From the IMG/VR virus record IMGVR_UViG_3300044515_000008, positions 1 to 54,654 of that record: a DNA stretch of 54,654 nucleotides; one strand, given 5' to 3'. Below, piece after piece: positions 9,675-18,129 of this stretch; position 1 is the stretch's first letter, and the number at the start of each line of letters is the position of its first letter. The notes below the pieces were generated by a model. That model searched no databases. It was not told where the DNA came from and was given only the letters and a program-made list of their open reading frames with translations. Origin of the DNA: a virus. Lineage: Duplodnaviria; Caudoviricetes. The translations under genes and the position numbers were made by a program.

Positions 9675-10078
9675 TGGTCACCGTCTTTGCCGTGGTCGGG
9701 TAGGTCGAGCGACGAACGGACGAAACAATCCTTGGCCTCCAACAACTTCTGCAACCCCAGGTCGCGTTGTTCGTTGGGTGGAAGGTGTGCGATCATCTCG
9801 CCGCACAGCTCGACGCACAGTTTCGATACGCTGCGCATAGGTTCGCCTAGGTGCGTATAACTGAAATATTGCTGTACTGGCAACACTTTCGTCTCCAGGT
9901 AGGTACTGCATATGCCGCACTGGTCGCGCGCGCTGCCTTGTGACCAGAATCGATCGGTGCTCACTTCGGCATTGCACGTTGGGCACCAGTCGGTACCGGT
10001 GCGTGTGTCGGCGATTGTGGGCCGTTGGTTGCTGGCCGCCGCAATGAGCAGTGCGCGGTACTCTTCTTCGCTGGTCAC
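9671..10078 (-). CDS. Zn-ribbon plus helical hairpin domain protein
   Basis: CPTC..CGIC then YFSYTHL...LP..EQRDLGLQKLLEAKDCFVR; GTGA-coupled start. Confidence 0.65.
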   Translation of the reverse strand: MTSEEEYRALLIAAASNQRPTIADTRTGTDWCPTCNAEVSTDRFWSQGSARDQCGICSTYLETKVLPVQQYFSYTHLGEPMRSVSKLCVELCGEMIAHLPPNEQRDLGLQKLLEAKDCFVRSSLDLPDHGKDGDQ

Positions 10079-10839
10079 TTGACCGTCCATCCTGGACACC
10101 CGGTGCCCGTGTCGTCGCCTGGTTTGAACCAGTTGCAGTACGTGCATGCGTGGCCTTTGGTGGCCGGTATGCGCATGTAGTTTTCGGGGAAGTGCTCGAC
10201 GTCGAGCGCTAGCGCAAGCTCGGTGGTGCCGTAGTACCGGGCTAACGCCGCGTCCGCTATGGCTACATCAAAGGGTTCCGACCATATGTGCATCCCGGAC
10301 AGCATGCCGCCGCGAGGAAAGAACACGATAGCCACATCCTTGACGGGCGCGCCGAGTTGCGACCAGCCCTTGCCGTAGAGATGCGCTTGCGAGCGGTATT
10401 GAAGAGACGGCCCCCCCTTCTTATAGGCCGTCATCTTCGTGACACCAGGGAATTTCCAGTCAATGACTGTGGCCGTGTCGACGTCGTAGCAGTCACAGTG
10501 ACCCGGCATCCCCGGCACGATAGGGAAAGCCGCTTCGGCTATGTAGCGCGTCCGTCCTATGTGGGCATTCCATTGGTTGCACGCGTCTTCCATCCACAAG
10601 TGCGACGCGGTACCGATGATAGACGGCAACGGGTCGCCGCCGTCGTTCAACTTCGGTTCCCGCATGATGTTATAAGCGAGCTTGCGTAGGCAGTCCTCGC
10701 CGATCTCGGACGGCCCGATTTCCTGTTGCAGCGAGCGCGGGGCACGGTGGTACTTGTGCATGATCAGGTCGGTGATCGATTGGGTTAGCGCGTGCTGTTT
10801 GGGCTTCTCGAAACTCAGGATGTCCACAAAGGTCAGCAA
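10075..10839 (-). CDS. Cas4-like / RecB-family PD-(D/E)xK exonuclease
   Basis: IGPSEIG.DCLRK, GTASH, GHCD..D....IDWK, Q.HLYG, C-terminal CTYC...C. Confidence 0.85.
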   Translation of the reverse strand: MLTFVDILSFEKPKQHALTQSITDLIMHKYHRAPRSLQQEIGPSEIGEDCLRKLAYNIMREPKLNDGGDPLPSIIGTASHLWMEDACNQWNAHIGRTRYIAEAAFPIVPGMPGHCDCYDVDTATVIDWKFPGVTKMTAYKKGGPSLQYRSQAHLYGKGWSQLGAPVKDVAIVFFPRGGMLSGMHIWSEPFDVAIADAALARYYGTTELALALDVEHFPENYMRIPATKGHACTYCNWFKPGDDTGTGCPGWTVK

Positions 10840-11279
10840 GTCTCGTGCTCGGCGGGGGCCTCTTGATAGACGCCCGTAGCCACTAGCTCATGCAACATTT
10901 GGCTAGCTGTAATGGCTTTCGTGAACGCGCGCGTGATCAACCCGGCCGTGGCCTTCGTGAGCCGTGGCTTGTCGAGGCTCCGCGCGTACATCCGGTCAAC
11001 GAGTGCCGTCTTGTTCTGTGCGGCTTCGCGCCACGTGTCCCGCGAATTACGCATGCACGTGAGCGATAGATTGCGGCGCCGGATCGCTACGTTCAATGTG
11101 GACAGTTCCGCCTTGAGTCGAGCCTGTTGCAGCTCTAGCGCGATGATCTGCCGGTGTAGTTCGAGGTTGACTTGCACGTTATGGTCCTCTAAGGACTTGT
11201 CTTCACGTTCGAGCAGAGCGGGCATATCGATGCTCGCGAGTTTCGCGAGCAGCTTCTTTTTGCTCTCCATTGTGGACAC
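10833..11279 (-). CDS. Hypothetical coiled-coil protein
   Basis: ORF with heptad pattern, overlapping the downstream gene. Confidence 0.6.
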   Translation of the reverse strand: MSTMESKKKLLAKLASIDMPALLEREDKSLEDHNVQVNLELHRQIIALELQQARLKAELSTLNVAIRRRNLSLTCMRNSRDTWREAAQNKTALVDRMYARSLDKPRLTKATAGLITRAFTKAITASQMLHELVATGVYQEAPAEHETC

Positions 11280-11282
11280 CCC

Positions 11283-11453
11283 TTACTTCCGGCTTCCGGC
11301 CACGAGCCAACACCCGGTGACGACGGCGACGGCGAACACGAGCGCGAGGGTTGCGTATAGCCAACCGTTAATGATGGTGGCCCACACCTGTACGCCGACG
11401 GCGCTTGCCGCGAGCAGGCCGAGGCCGAGGGCTTGCCGGGCGCGTGGCCTCAC
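11283..11453 (-). CDS. Small two-TM membrane protein (not in ORF track)
   Basis: Manual translation MRPRARQALGLGLLAASAVGVQVWATIINGWLYATLALVFAVAVVTGCWLVAGSRK; GTGA overlap. Confidence 0.65.
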   Translation of the reverse strand: MRPRARQALGLGLLAASAVGVQVWATIINGWLYATLALVFAVAVVTGCWLVAGSRK

Positions 11454-11623
11454 GAGTCGACCTCAATTGTGGTCACTCGCAACAGGTGGTTCCGTTTGGA
11501 CTCTGGCCAGCCGTCGGAAATCTCGTCGACGCGGGCACCGGCTTTGTCGTCGGTGGACCAGATCGAATCGAACGACCAGGCACCGAAACCGGTGTCGTCT
11601 TGCTCGACAAGGTGGACGTTCAC
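11450..11623 (-). CDS. Small hypothetical protein (not in ORF track)
   Basis: Manual translation MNVHLVEQDDTGFGAWSFDSIWS...IEVDS fills the gap exactly. Confidence 0.6.
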   Translation of the reverse strand: MNVHLVEQDDTGFGAWSFDSIWSTDDKAGARVDEISDGWPESKRNHLLRVTTIEVDS

Positions 11624-11935
11624 TTACACCACCCACCTAATTGGACGGTTCATCGATGCCGCGTGGGAGATTTCCGCGCGTACCGATTCGCCGACGTAGC
11701 CGTCATGCGCGACGACGATAACCTCGTCGGCCATGTTGATCTTCTCTAGGTGTAGCTCGTCGAGCATCTTCTTTTGCTCGACGTCGTGTCCGACGGTGGT
11801 CACGAACGGCATGAGCACAATGTGTCCGTTGGCGGTCTCACTGGTCGCCACCTCGTGCATAAGGTCTAGATGCTTCATTGATCCGCAGATTGTCACGACG
11901 TGGCTTCGCGTCACACCGGCATTGACGAAGTTCAT
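11624..11935 (-). CDS. Nucleoside 2-deoxyribosyltransferase-like protein
   Basis: VTICGSM...GHIVLMP...HLEKINMADEVIVV..DGYVGESVRAEI.HA pattern. Confidence 0.65.
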   Translation of the reverse strand: MNFVNAGVTRSHVVTICGSMKHLDLMHEVATSETANGHIVLMPFVTTVGHDVEQKKMLDELHLEKINMADEVIVVAHDGYVGESVRAEISHAASMNRPIRWVV

Positions 11936-12123
11936 TGGTCGGCTTCTTTCTCCGCTATCCGGTCCATTCGCGCCCATTTCTTCCTATCGCGCTCGACGGC
12001 GCGGCGATCTCGCCAGGCATGCCACACACGCAAGATCCGGCTTATCAGCGTTTCATTCATTTGCGCGCCGGTTGGTTCGGGCACGGTGCGCGGGTCACGA
12101 TCTTCCCGCAAGGGCATATCCAT
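11932..12123 (-). CDS. Hypothetical protein
   Basis: Coupled small ORF. Confidence 0.5.
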   Translation of the reverse strand: MDMPLREDRDPRTVPEPTGAQMNETLISRILRVWHAWRDRRAVERDRKKWARMDRIAEKEADQ

Positions 12124-12128
12124 GCCAT

Positions 12129-12539
12129 TTAGTCATCATCCTTCGGGGCCGTAGCGGCAATGAATGCCGCATCGAATCCGGGGGACTTGCGGGCTTCGTC
12201 GAGGTACGGGATAAATTCGTCCGGGAATTGGGCGTCCCAGCAATGCGAGTGGGTGCCGGTCATGAGTAGCTCGCGCTCGTCGTCGGTGAGCGTGGGTAGC
12301 GCGCGCTGAATCAATTGGCCGCCCTGCCACTTCACGTATCCGGCTTCCGGAACCTCGACGGCCGCGCGCTTGCCGCACACCGTGCACGGTTGGGTCTCTA
12401 CTAGCATGACGGGTTTTTCCTCAATGGCCGTTGCTGCCCACACGGTTGCCGCTACCGCGATGGCGCCCACTGTCCGGGCGCGTGGTGCCGGTGGTCGCCG
12501 GTGTCGGCCACCGGCCGTTTCAGCGCTTGCGCTGGTCAC
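12129..12539 (-). CDS. Hypothetical protein (CxxC...HxxCW)
   Basis: C..CG.....W..G.LIQ.A.P.L..DERELL.TG.H..CWD pattern seen in phage proteins. Confidence 0.65.
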   Translation of the reverse strand: MTSASAETAGGRHRRPPAPRARTVGAIAVAATVWAATAIEEKPVMLVETQPCTVCGKRAAVEVPEAGYVKWQGGQLIQRALPTLTDDERELLMTGTHSHCWDAQFPDEFIPYLDEARKSPGFDAAFIAATAPKDDD

Positions 12540-12699
12540 GTCGTATGTCTCGCTTGCTGGTCATGTGCCACGTCTCGGCGGCATGCTTGCCGCACCGATA
12601 GACACGGAACTCTGGCCGGTCGATTGGCATTGATCGGGAGTGGTGTAGAGCGGCTGCTTTATTCGGGTACCGGACTTTCGTGCACTTCGCTTTTGGCAT
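12520..12699 (-). CDS. Small basic Zn-binding phage protein
   Basis: C.K.RY...AA...RVYRC..H...WHMTS. Confidence 0.6.
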   Translation of the reverse strand: MPKAKCTKVRYPNKAAALHHSRSMPIDRPEFRVYRCGKHAAETWHMTSKRDIRRDQRKR

Positions 12700-12952
12700 G
12701 GTCGGCCCTGTCTTTGGTGCTCCATTTCGACAGTCGACCGTCACGTTTCCGGCTTATGCTTCGTGTGCTTTGCTTCAATTGGTCGCGGTACGCTCGACGG
12801 GCAAGCCGGTTCATTTCGGCCCAGCCCGATTCGGTGCGCTGCCAATATTTGCCGCACGGTGTGCACTGCTCAATTTCGGACTGGGAGTCTTGCCGGAAGT
12901 CGCATACGTGCGGTTCGGGCGGAACGTATTCGGGCGGGTCGTATTCGTTCAC
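12659..12952 (-). CDS. Hypothetical protein
   Basis: GTGA-coupled start (MNEYDPP); HVC..CTPCG. Confidence 0.5.
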   Translation of the reverse strand: MNEYDPPEYVPPEPHVCDFRQDSQSEIEQCTPCGKYWQRTESGWAEMNRLARRAYRDQLKQSTRSISRKRDGRLSKWSTKDRADHAKSEVHESPVPE

Positions 12953-13116
12953 GCGTCCCCCTCGATAGCGTCGATAGCCGCGTTTAGGCGGATAGTGACA
13001 AGATGAGCGTAAGACGCAACGAAGCAAACACAGAATAGCTCGTCTTCGTCGGTCGGTTCAGTGGCGCGCTGGATATAGACAAGTCGGTTGTTGTGTCGCC
13101 CTACTCGGTATCTCAT
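12949..13116 (-). CDS. Small hypothetical protein (not in ORF track)
   Basis: Manual translation MRYRVGRHNNRLVYIQ...IEGDA with overlaps at both ends. Confidence 0.6.
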   Translation of the reverse strand: MRYRVGRHNNRLVYIQRATEPTDEDELFCVCFVASYAHLVTIRLNAAIDAIEGDA

Positions 13117-13301
13117 ACCCTGTCCCAACCCATGTAGAGTTTCGCGACCGCGTCCGCGCTACGGCGGTAAACGTTCTTCCGGTACTCGTCTGTGTTCTCC
13201 CACTGGTCCACCGGTTCGCCTATGGGTGAGTTGGCGCGGAACAAGTAGCGTGCTGCCTTGTCGCGGTTCTCTGCCTCTACCTGGTGTCTCGTGGCGGTCA
13301 T
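13113..13301 (-). CDS. Small hypothetical protein
   Basis: ATGA-coupled start MTATRHQ. Confidence 0.55.
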   Translation of the reverse strand: MTATRHQVEAENRDKAARYLFRANSPIGEPVDQWENTDEYRKNVYRRSADAVAKLYMGWDRV

Positions 13302-13615
13302 TTCGCGGTGAACCGGACGCGGTCGGATTGCGTGGTGAACTCTTCGAGTAGCTCGGGATACTCGGCGCGGAACTTGTCTTTGTGGAACACGTCTTGCACG
13401 TACTCGGTGATGCGGATTGCATCCACCGTGGACACGGTGCCGACGTTGGCGCCCACTGCTGTGAGCTTGTTGATCAAGTGCTGTTGAAAGGTTTCCTTGA
13501 CGACTTTCCAATCGGCCTCGTTCTGCCGTGCCGCCTTGTATCCGTCCACGTAGGCCGACCACTCGTCAAGCTCGGCGCGTACATCCGGCCGTCGAGCTGC
13601 ACTCTTCTCTGTCAC
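13298..13615 (-). CDS. Hypothetical protein
   Basis: GGGAG RBS; FHKDKFRAEYPELLEEF...RF tail seen in phage recombination-module proteins. Confidence 0.7.
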   Translation of the reverse strand: MTEKSAARRPDVRAELDEWSAYVDGYKAARQNEADWKVVKETFQQHLINKLTAVGANVGTVSTVDAIRITEYVQDVFHKDKFRAEYPELLEEFTTQSDRVRFTAK

Positions 13616-13644
13616 GGTGGCGCTCCCTGATGAGTAGTTATAGA

Positions 13645-14077
13645 GCGGGGGGACCGCATATCCGGCGATCCCCCCGCATTAATTGTGTAATGGATTTCAA
13701 GTCCATTGCTCGGTGAGAGCGACAATTTAGCTACGACTGGGGACGAATGACGCATTTAAAATGTACGGGTCAAGCTGAGTTAACGTCGGGTTCTGCCATT
13801 GAACTATGGGACCACGTTGGAGGTTCCAGCCGGACTCGAACCGGCATTACGACGAAAGGCGCACGCACATAGTAGATTCACAAGTCCGTAGCAATACTGA
13901 CTATAAGGGCGAGAGTTTGACGTTTGCGTCCTGCTGCCTCTACCAATTGGGCTACCGGGGCAAGCGTGCCCCGGGGAGGATTCGAACCTTCACTGTCGCG
14001 GGATGTGTCGCATTGAGTCTAAGCCTTGTGCTGAGTCTGAGTCTGTGCCCTAATTCCCCGAACATGTGTCCGGGGAA
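13645..14077 (-). ncRNA. Structured non-coding RNA with two circularly permuted tRNA-like domains
   Basis: Domains at 13929-14003 and 13784-13854 each read T-arm, loop-closed acceptor stem, D-arm; flanked by hairpins at 14054-14077 and 13645-13677. Confidence 0.8.
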
Positions 14078-14083
14078 GCTTTA

Positions 14084-14815
14084 TTATGCGAACAGGTAGC
14101 CGAACACGGTGCCGCCGATATTGTTTTCGATGGCTTCGGCCCCGTTCGCCACTTCGCGTGCGACCTTGACCGCACGAGCGAGAGTGTCCACACGCGTCAC
14201 TAACTCGGCGACCCGCGATGCCTGTACGGCGCCCGAAAAGTTAACGGTCGTCCACGTACCGGCTACGATATCTTCGTACCACATCTCCACTTGCGCCGCG
14301 TGCTTGTCGGTTGCCATGGCCTTGACGTGGTTACGGGGCACCTTTTTCGTCTTCGTGGTCTCTCGTGCGTCCGTCGCAAAACAGTCCGCAGATTGGCTGT
14401 AAGACCAATGCTCGGCGGGGTCAAGTACGGGCAACTTGCGAACAAACGTGCGCAAGTCGGCTAGCTGCTTTTCGAGGAATAGCAGCACCGTTACCGGCAC
14501 GGCGGTCAGCAGTGCGACACCGTCGACGACGATATCGGCCCGCGCTACCGTGTTCGTGGTTTCCTTCGTGGCGACCACATCGAACATGCGCGTCAAGTCC
14601 TTTACTACCAACGAAATCACGTCGTCGGTGCGAACCTGAACGCGGGTCGATTCCGGCGGCAACCGGTCGCCGTCGTCGTCTTTCGGCGAGTACGTGCGGG
14701 AGATTCCCGACAAGAGAGACTGTGTCTGTAGTTCGTGGTACGCCTTCGTGAGCGACGCAACCCCTTGCCCCTTAACGGTTTTCTCGATAGCGATGATCTG
14801 ATTTAGCTTGGCCAC
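14084..14815 (-). CDS. Conserved helical protein (DUF7873-like)
   Basis: AAGGAG RBS, GTG start; AKLNQIIAIEK...LLSGISRTY.PKDDDGDRLPPESTRVQ...LLFLEKQL..LPVLDP family pattern recognised from memory. Confidence 0.75.
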   Translation of the reverse strand: MAKLNQIIAIEKTVKGQGVASLTKAYHELQTQSLLSGISRTYSPKDDDGDRLPPESTRVQVRTDDVISLVVKDLTRMFDVVATKETTNTVARADIVVDGVALLTAVPVTVLLFLEKQLADLRTFVRKLPVLDPAEHWSYSQSADCFATDARETTKTKKVPRNHVKAMATDKHAAQVEMWYEDIVAGTWTTVNFSGAVQASRVAELVTRVDTLARAVKVAREVANGAEAIENNIGGTVFGYLFA

Positions 14816-14911
14816 AACGGATTCAACTCCTTGTCGGTGTGCGAAGTAGGGGCCGGGACACCCCCGCAGACGACGACGTCTCGCCATGTCCCGACCCCAA
14901 AACTGTGGTGC

Positions 14912-16381
14912 TTACGCGGCGCGCTTCAAGCTATAGATGGTGTTCTGCTCGTGCGGCTCCACACCGGACACGAAACCCATGCCGTTGACACTGTCCTTAA
15001 TCAACTCCGCGAGCTGGTGATCAAGCGGGTTGACCGCCACACCTTCCTTGGCGTCTTGCATAAGGTCATGCTGGGGACGTAGGCCGTCGGCGGCGTTCAC
15101 CAGGTCGGCCGTGCCGATGACGTCCGGCACACCGTCGTTTCGGGAGATGGTGTACATGAGTGCCCGGTCAATGGCGGACTTCGCGAACGCGGGAAGGAAA
15201 CCGTCGAAAGCCTTAGCTACCACCGAATAGTTGATCGATCCGAGCAGCTTTTCCGGGATCACTACCTTGATCAGCTTCTCGTATCCGGCCGCGTCGAGTC
15301 CAGCAATCTCGACCAGCGCGTCAATGCGTCCCGGCCGCAACACTCCCTTTTGGATCTGATCAAGGTGGTTCGTGGTGAACCCAGCGAGAATCGCCACGCC
15401 TTTATTAGCGATGCCGTCGAGCGAATCGAGCAGGCCGCTAATCTGCTGCGCGCTGGTGCCCTTTGCCACGTTGTCAATGTCCTCGTACCAGACGACGGCG
15501 GGCGCGTACAATTCGGCCGTGTGCAACACTTCCTGAAGATCATCCTTGCCGGGACGGGCGAGAATGAAAGTCCACCCGTTGGCTACGGCCTCTTTCGCGG
15601 TGAGCTGCCCGGCAAGTGTCTTGCCCGTACCGTACGGCCCGTACACCAACACGCTTCGCTTGAGCGGGATTCCGTTGTCCCGCATGGTGTCCGTGTATCG
15701 GAGCATTGACCAGAAATTCGTGTCGAGCTGCGTCTGTACCGCATCGGAGTACACGACTCGTGACGGGTCGATTGACGCGGTGTCAAGGAAAGCGGGGTCA
15801 TCGCCGCCGGTAATGGCCTTGCCCCGGTAGATCGAATTCGTCTTGAGCTCGTTCTCTACGACCTGAAAGAACGCTTCGATGTAGGCGCGGTACCGGCGCG
15901 GTGCCTCGACGCCGATAGCGAACACGAGTCCGAAGTCATTGTGTGTCGTGTGCAAAGTGAATTCGGCAGAGAGCGGGGAAAAGCTGACCGTGCCCCACGG
16001 AATTTGAATCGACTGCGTCGAGCTAACCGGGATGGTGCGGTATTGCGGCTTGTACTCGCCGAACATGTCCGACACGGTGACTCCGATACCGACGGTTCCG
16101 AACGTGTTTTTCATGGCGTTCTGAAACGCGTTGGCCCCGTCCCACGGGCGGTAGTCGAATACGCGGGTGAATTCGAAAGTGTTGTTCTGCTGCTTGTCGT
16201 ATTCATTGAGGTACCGTCGCGCCCCCTGAATATCGCCGCTCATGCTCTCGGGGAGAATGAACTTGGTCCCCTCAAAGATGAGACTGTCATCCCCAATGGT
16301 GATCTTCCCCAGCTCGCCGAGCTTCGCCAGGATAGCCGCGCGGGTTTTCTCTTCGGCCGTCGTGGCCTCTGCTGTAGACAT
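14912..16381 (-). CDS. AAA+ ATPase
   Basis: Walker A GPYGTGKT, Walker B VVWYEDID, TTN and RPGRID second region of homology. Confidence 0.9.
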   Translation of the reverse strand: MSTAEATTAEEKTRAAILAKLGELGKITIGDDSLIFEGTKFILPESMSGDIQGARRYLNEYDKQQNNTFEFTRVFDYRPWDGANAFQNAMKNTFGTVGIGVTVSDMFGEYKPQYRTIPVSSTQSIQIPWGTVSFSPLSAEFTLHTTHNDFGLVFAIGVEAPRRYRAYIEAFFQVVENELKTNSIYRGKAITGGDDPAFLDTASIDPSRVVYSDAVQTQLDTNFWSMLRYTDTMRDNGIPLKRSVLVYGPYGTGKTLAGQLTAKEAVANGWTFILARPGKDDLQEVLHTAELYAPAVVWYEDIDNVAKGTSAQQISGLLDSLDGIANKGVAILAGFTTNHLDQIQKGVLRPGRIDALVEIAGLDAAGYEKLIKVVIPEKLLGSINYSVVAKAFDGFLPAFAKSAIDRALMYTISRNDGVPDVIGTADLVNAADGLRPQHDLMQDAKEGVAVNPLDHQLAELIKDSVNGMGFVSGVEPHEQNTIYSLKRAA

Positions 16382-16487
16382 ACGGTGTCGCCTCGCTGTT
16401 TGTCGTTGAATGATGCGTGACACTGTGAGGAATCGGACCTCATGCGGCTAACGTCGGGGTAACCGTCTTTACTCGTCCAGTGCCGTT

Positions 16488-16532
16488 CGGAGTGGGCGCG
16501 GCCTTAGTCGACGTTGACCGGCGCCCACTCCG
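16488..16532. terminator. Intergenic hairpin
   Basis: CGGAGTGGGCGC...GCGCCCACTCCG inverted repeat. Confidence 0.4.
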
Positions 16533-16546
16533 GGCCTAGTGGGTTC

Positions 16547-17002
16547 TTAAACCGAAACGGGCTCGGCGAGGGGAAGCTGAACCTGCATTGAATCGAATTC
16601 CACAATGCGGGTAGCGATTTCGCGCTTTGTTCCGGTGACCGTCAATCCGCGCTGCTGCGCAAGCTCGCGAAGCTGCGGACGGTCCGTGACACCGGCAAGG
16701 TTCCGCGCGGGGTCGCCGTCCGGGCCTAGGTACCGCACGTATACGGCGGACAGTTCCGTCTCGCCGTCGAGTCGCGCGGCCCGTGCCTCGAACGTTCCGG
16801 CCGGTGCGAATGCCTTAGAGACTGCCTTGTTCACGCGGTGCGAGAATGCCGATGCCTGCCCGTATCGTTCCGTGCGGGCAATGAGCGCCCACTGTCCGGC
16901 ATTCAACTTGAGCGTCTCGGCAATGACAGTCAGCTCGGGGGATACGGCCGCGCCGCCGGTGGTGACCCGTGTCGGTGCGACCGGCGGGCTTGCCCACGAC
17001 AT
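16547..17002 (-). CDS. DNA-binding protein with C-terminal SAP-like motif
   Basis: QLRELAQQRGLTVTGTKREIATRI matches the SAP consensus. Confidence 0.6.
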   Translation of the reverse strand: MSWASPPVAPTRVTTGGAAVSPELTVIAETLKLNAGQWALIARTERYGQASAFSHRVNKAVSKAFAPAGTFEARAARLDGETELSAVYVRYLGPDGDPARNLAGVTDRPQLRELAQQRGLTVTGTKREIATRIVEFDSMQVQLPLAEPVSV

Positions 17003-17105
17003 TTCCTGTTCGATGTGGATCATTAGTTGCAGACTCCTAGCGTGCACGGGTATTGCGGGATGAACTCAAAGTCTATCCCTTGTGGACTGGCGAATAGTGC
17101 GAGCG

Positions 17106-17510
17106 CTAGGGACTTTCTGCGTGGATGTGCCGGAAATTGGATTGACCCCGAACTGTCTTTGCTCGGTGCGGCCGGTCCGGATTGTGTACGGGCTTCGGTA
17201 GGACCCTTGTGGGCGCCGATGAGGACATGGGAACGACCTTGATAAGATCTTTGTCCGCCAGATTAACCGTGATCGGCATGACCTGGTCGCCTGAATCCCA
17301 ATGGTCTACAAAGGTGCGCGCGTTTGGTGGCGTCTGGTATTCGTAGCGAACGCGGGTCTTAACATCGCTGAATCGGATCTTGTCGCGGTCCACTTTGATG
17401 CATCGCGCATTGGGATACGCATATGCTATCGCGTCGGCAATCGCGCACTTGCCTTTATTCTGGCGCTGGGCTAACTCAATGGCCGCTTGCCGGACCCTTG
17501 CTTTGATCAT
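17106..17510 (-). CDS. Hypothetical protein
   Basis: CAIADAI...I.VD...IRF....RY.Y.TP; RBS present. Confidence 0.65.
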   Translation of the reverse strand: MIKARVRQAAIELAQRQNKGKCAIADAIAYAYPNARCIKVDRDKIRFSDVKTRVRYEYQTPPNARTFVDHWDSGDQVMPITVNLADKDLIKVVPMSSSAPTRVLPKPVHNPDRPHRAKTVRGQSNFRHIHAESP

Positions 17511-18129
17511 GCTGCGTTCCCTTTTCCAGGTAGCTAATGACTCTTTCCAGTACCTCCAGCAATAGCGCGCGCTCCCCGGTGGTCAATTCATCATTGGCCA
17601 ATTCCAGGGCTATGGACTCCAACTCGACAAGCCGATCAACAATCGCCGGTCGAGTGGGCGCCGAGCACGTCGGTTCTGTAGTGGTGGCGGTAATAGGTGG
17701 CGGCGACTCCACAAAGGTGCCGTCAATGACGATAGGTGGACGCGGGATAGGTGCATGTGGCATAGGCGGGTACGTCTTGCCGTCGAGCCCCCGGGTGTCA
17801 CCAGGTGTCCCGTTTGGGACACCTGCAATGTCCCTGCCTACGGTGCTTCTGCCTGCCCCGGTGGCCGCCGCAATCGCTCGCACTGATAGCCCCGCTTCAC
17901 TCAAGGTGGCTACGGCCTCACGTCGTCGCTCACGCGGTAGCCGGAGTGCGGCCCCGTGGAATTCCGCGACGCAATAGTCGTCCCACGATTCGTAGCCTAG
18001 TGCCTGGTCGGCCCGGCCGTAGTAAGCGGATTTAATCTTTGTCCACGCCATATCGATATGGCCATAGATTTGCGCGGTTAGTTCGCGCGCTTCATTCTCG
18101 GTGAGTAGCCGTAGATCCGGTTCATTCAT
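17476..18129 (-). CDS. HTH DNA-binding protein
   Basis: LGYESWDDYCVAEF...GLSVRAIAAATGAGRSTVGRDI...GLDGKTY. Confidence 0.75.
   Translation of the reverse strand: MNEPDLRLLTENEARELTAQIYGHIDMAWTKIKSAYYGRADQALGYESWDDYCVAEFHGAALRLPRERRREAVATLSEAGLSVRAIAAATGAGRSTVGRDIAGVPNGTPGDTRGLDGKTYPPMPHAPIPRPPIVIDGTFVESPPPITATTTEPTCSAPTRPAIVDRLVELESIALELANDELTTGERALLLEVLERVISYLEKGTQHDQSKGPASGH

Noticed and set aside
10075-10839. Cas4 as evidence of a CRISPR system
   Set aside because: Solo Cas4-like nucleases are common in actinophage recombination modules; no array or cas1/cas2
13818-13961. A conventional tRNA gene with an intron (5' half of domain 1 joined to 3' half of domain 2)
   Set aside because: Acceptor strands GCCCCGG and TGGAACC do not pair; each pairs within its own permuted domain
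13645-14077. Two-piece tmRNA
   Set aside because: Full D-stems are present, there is no G3-U70 alanine identity pair, and no tag reading frame is evident
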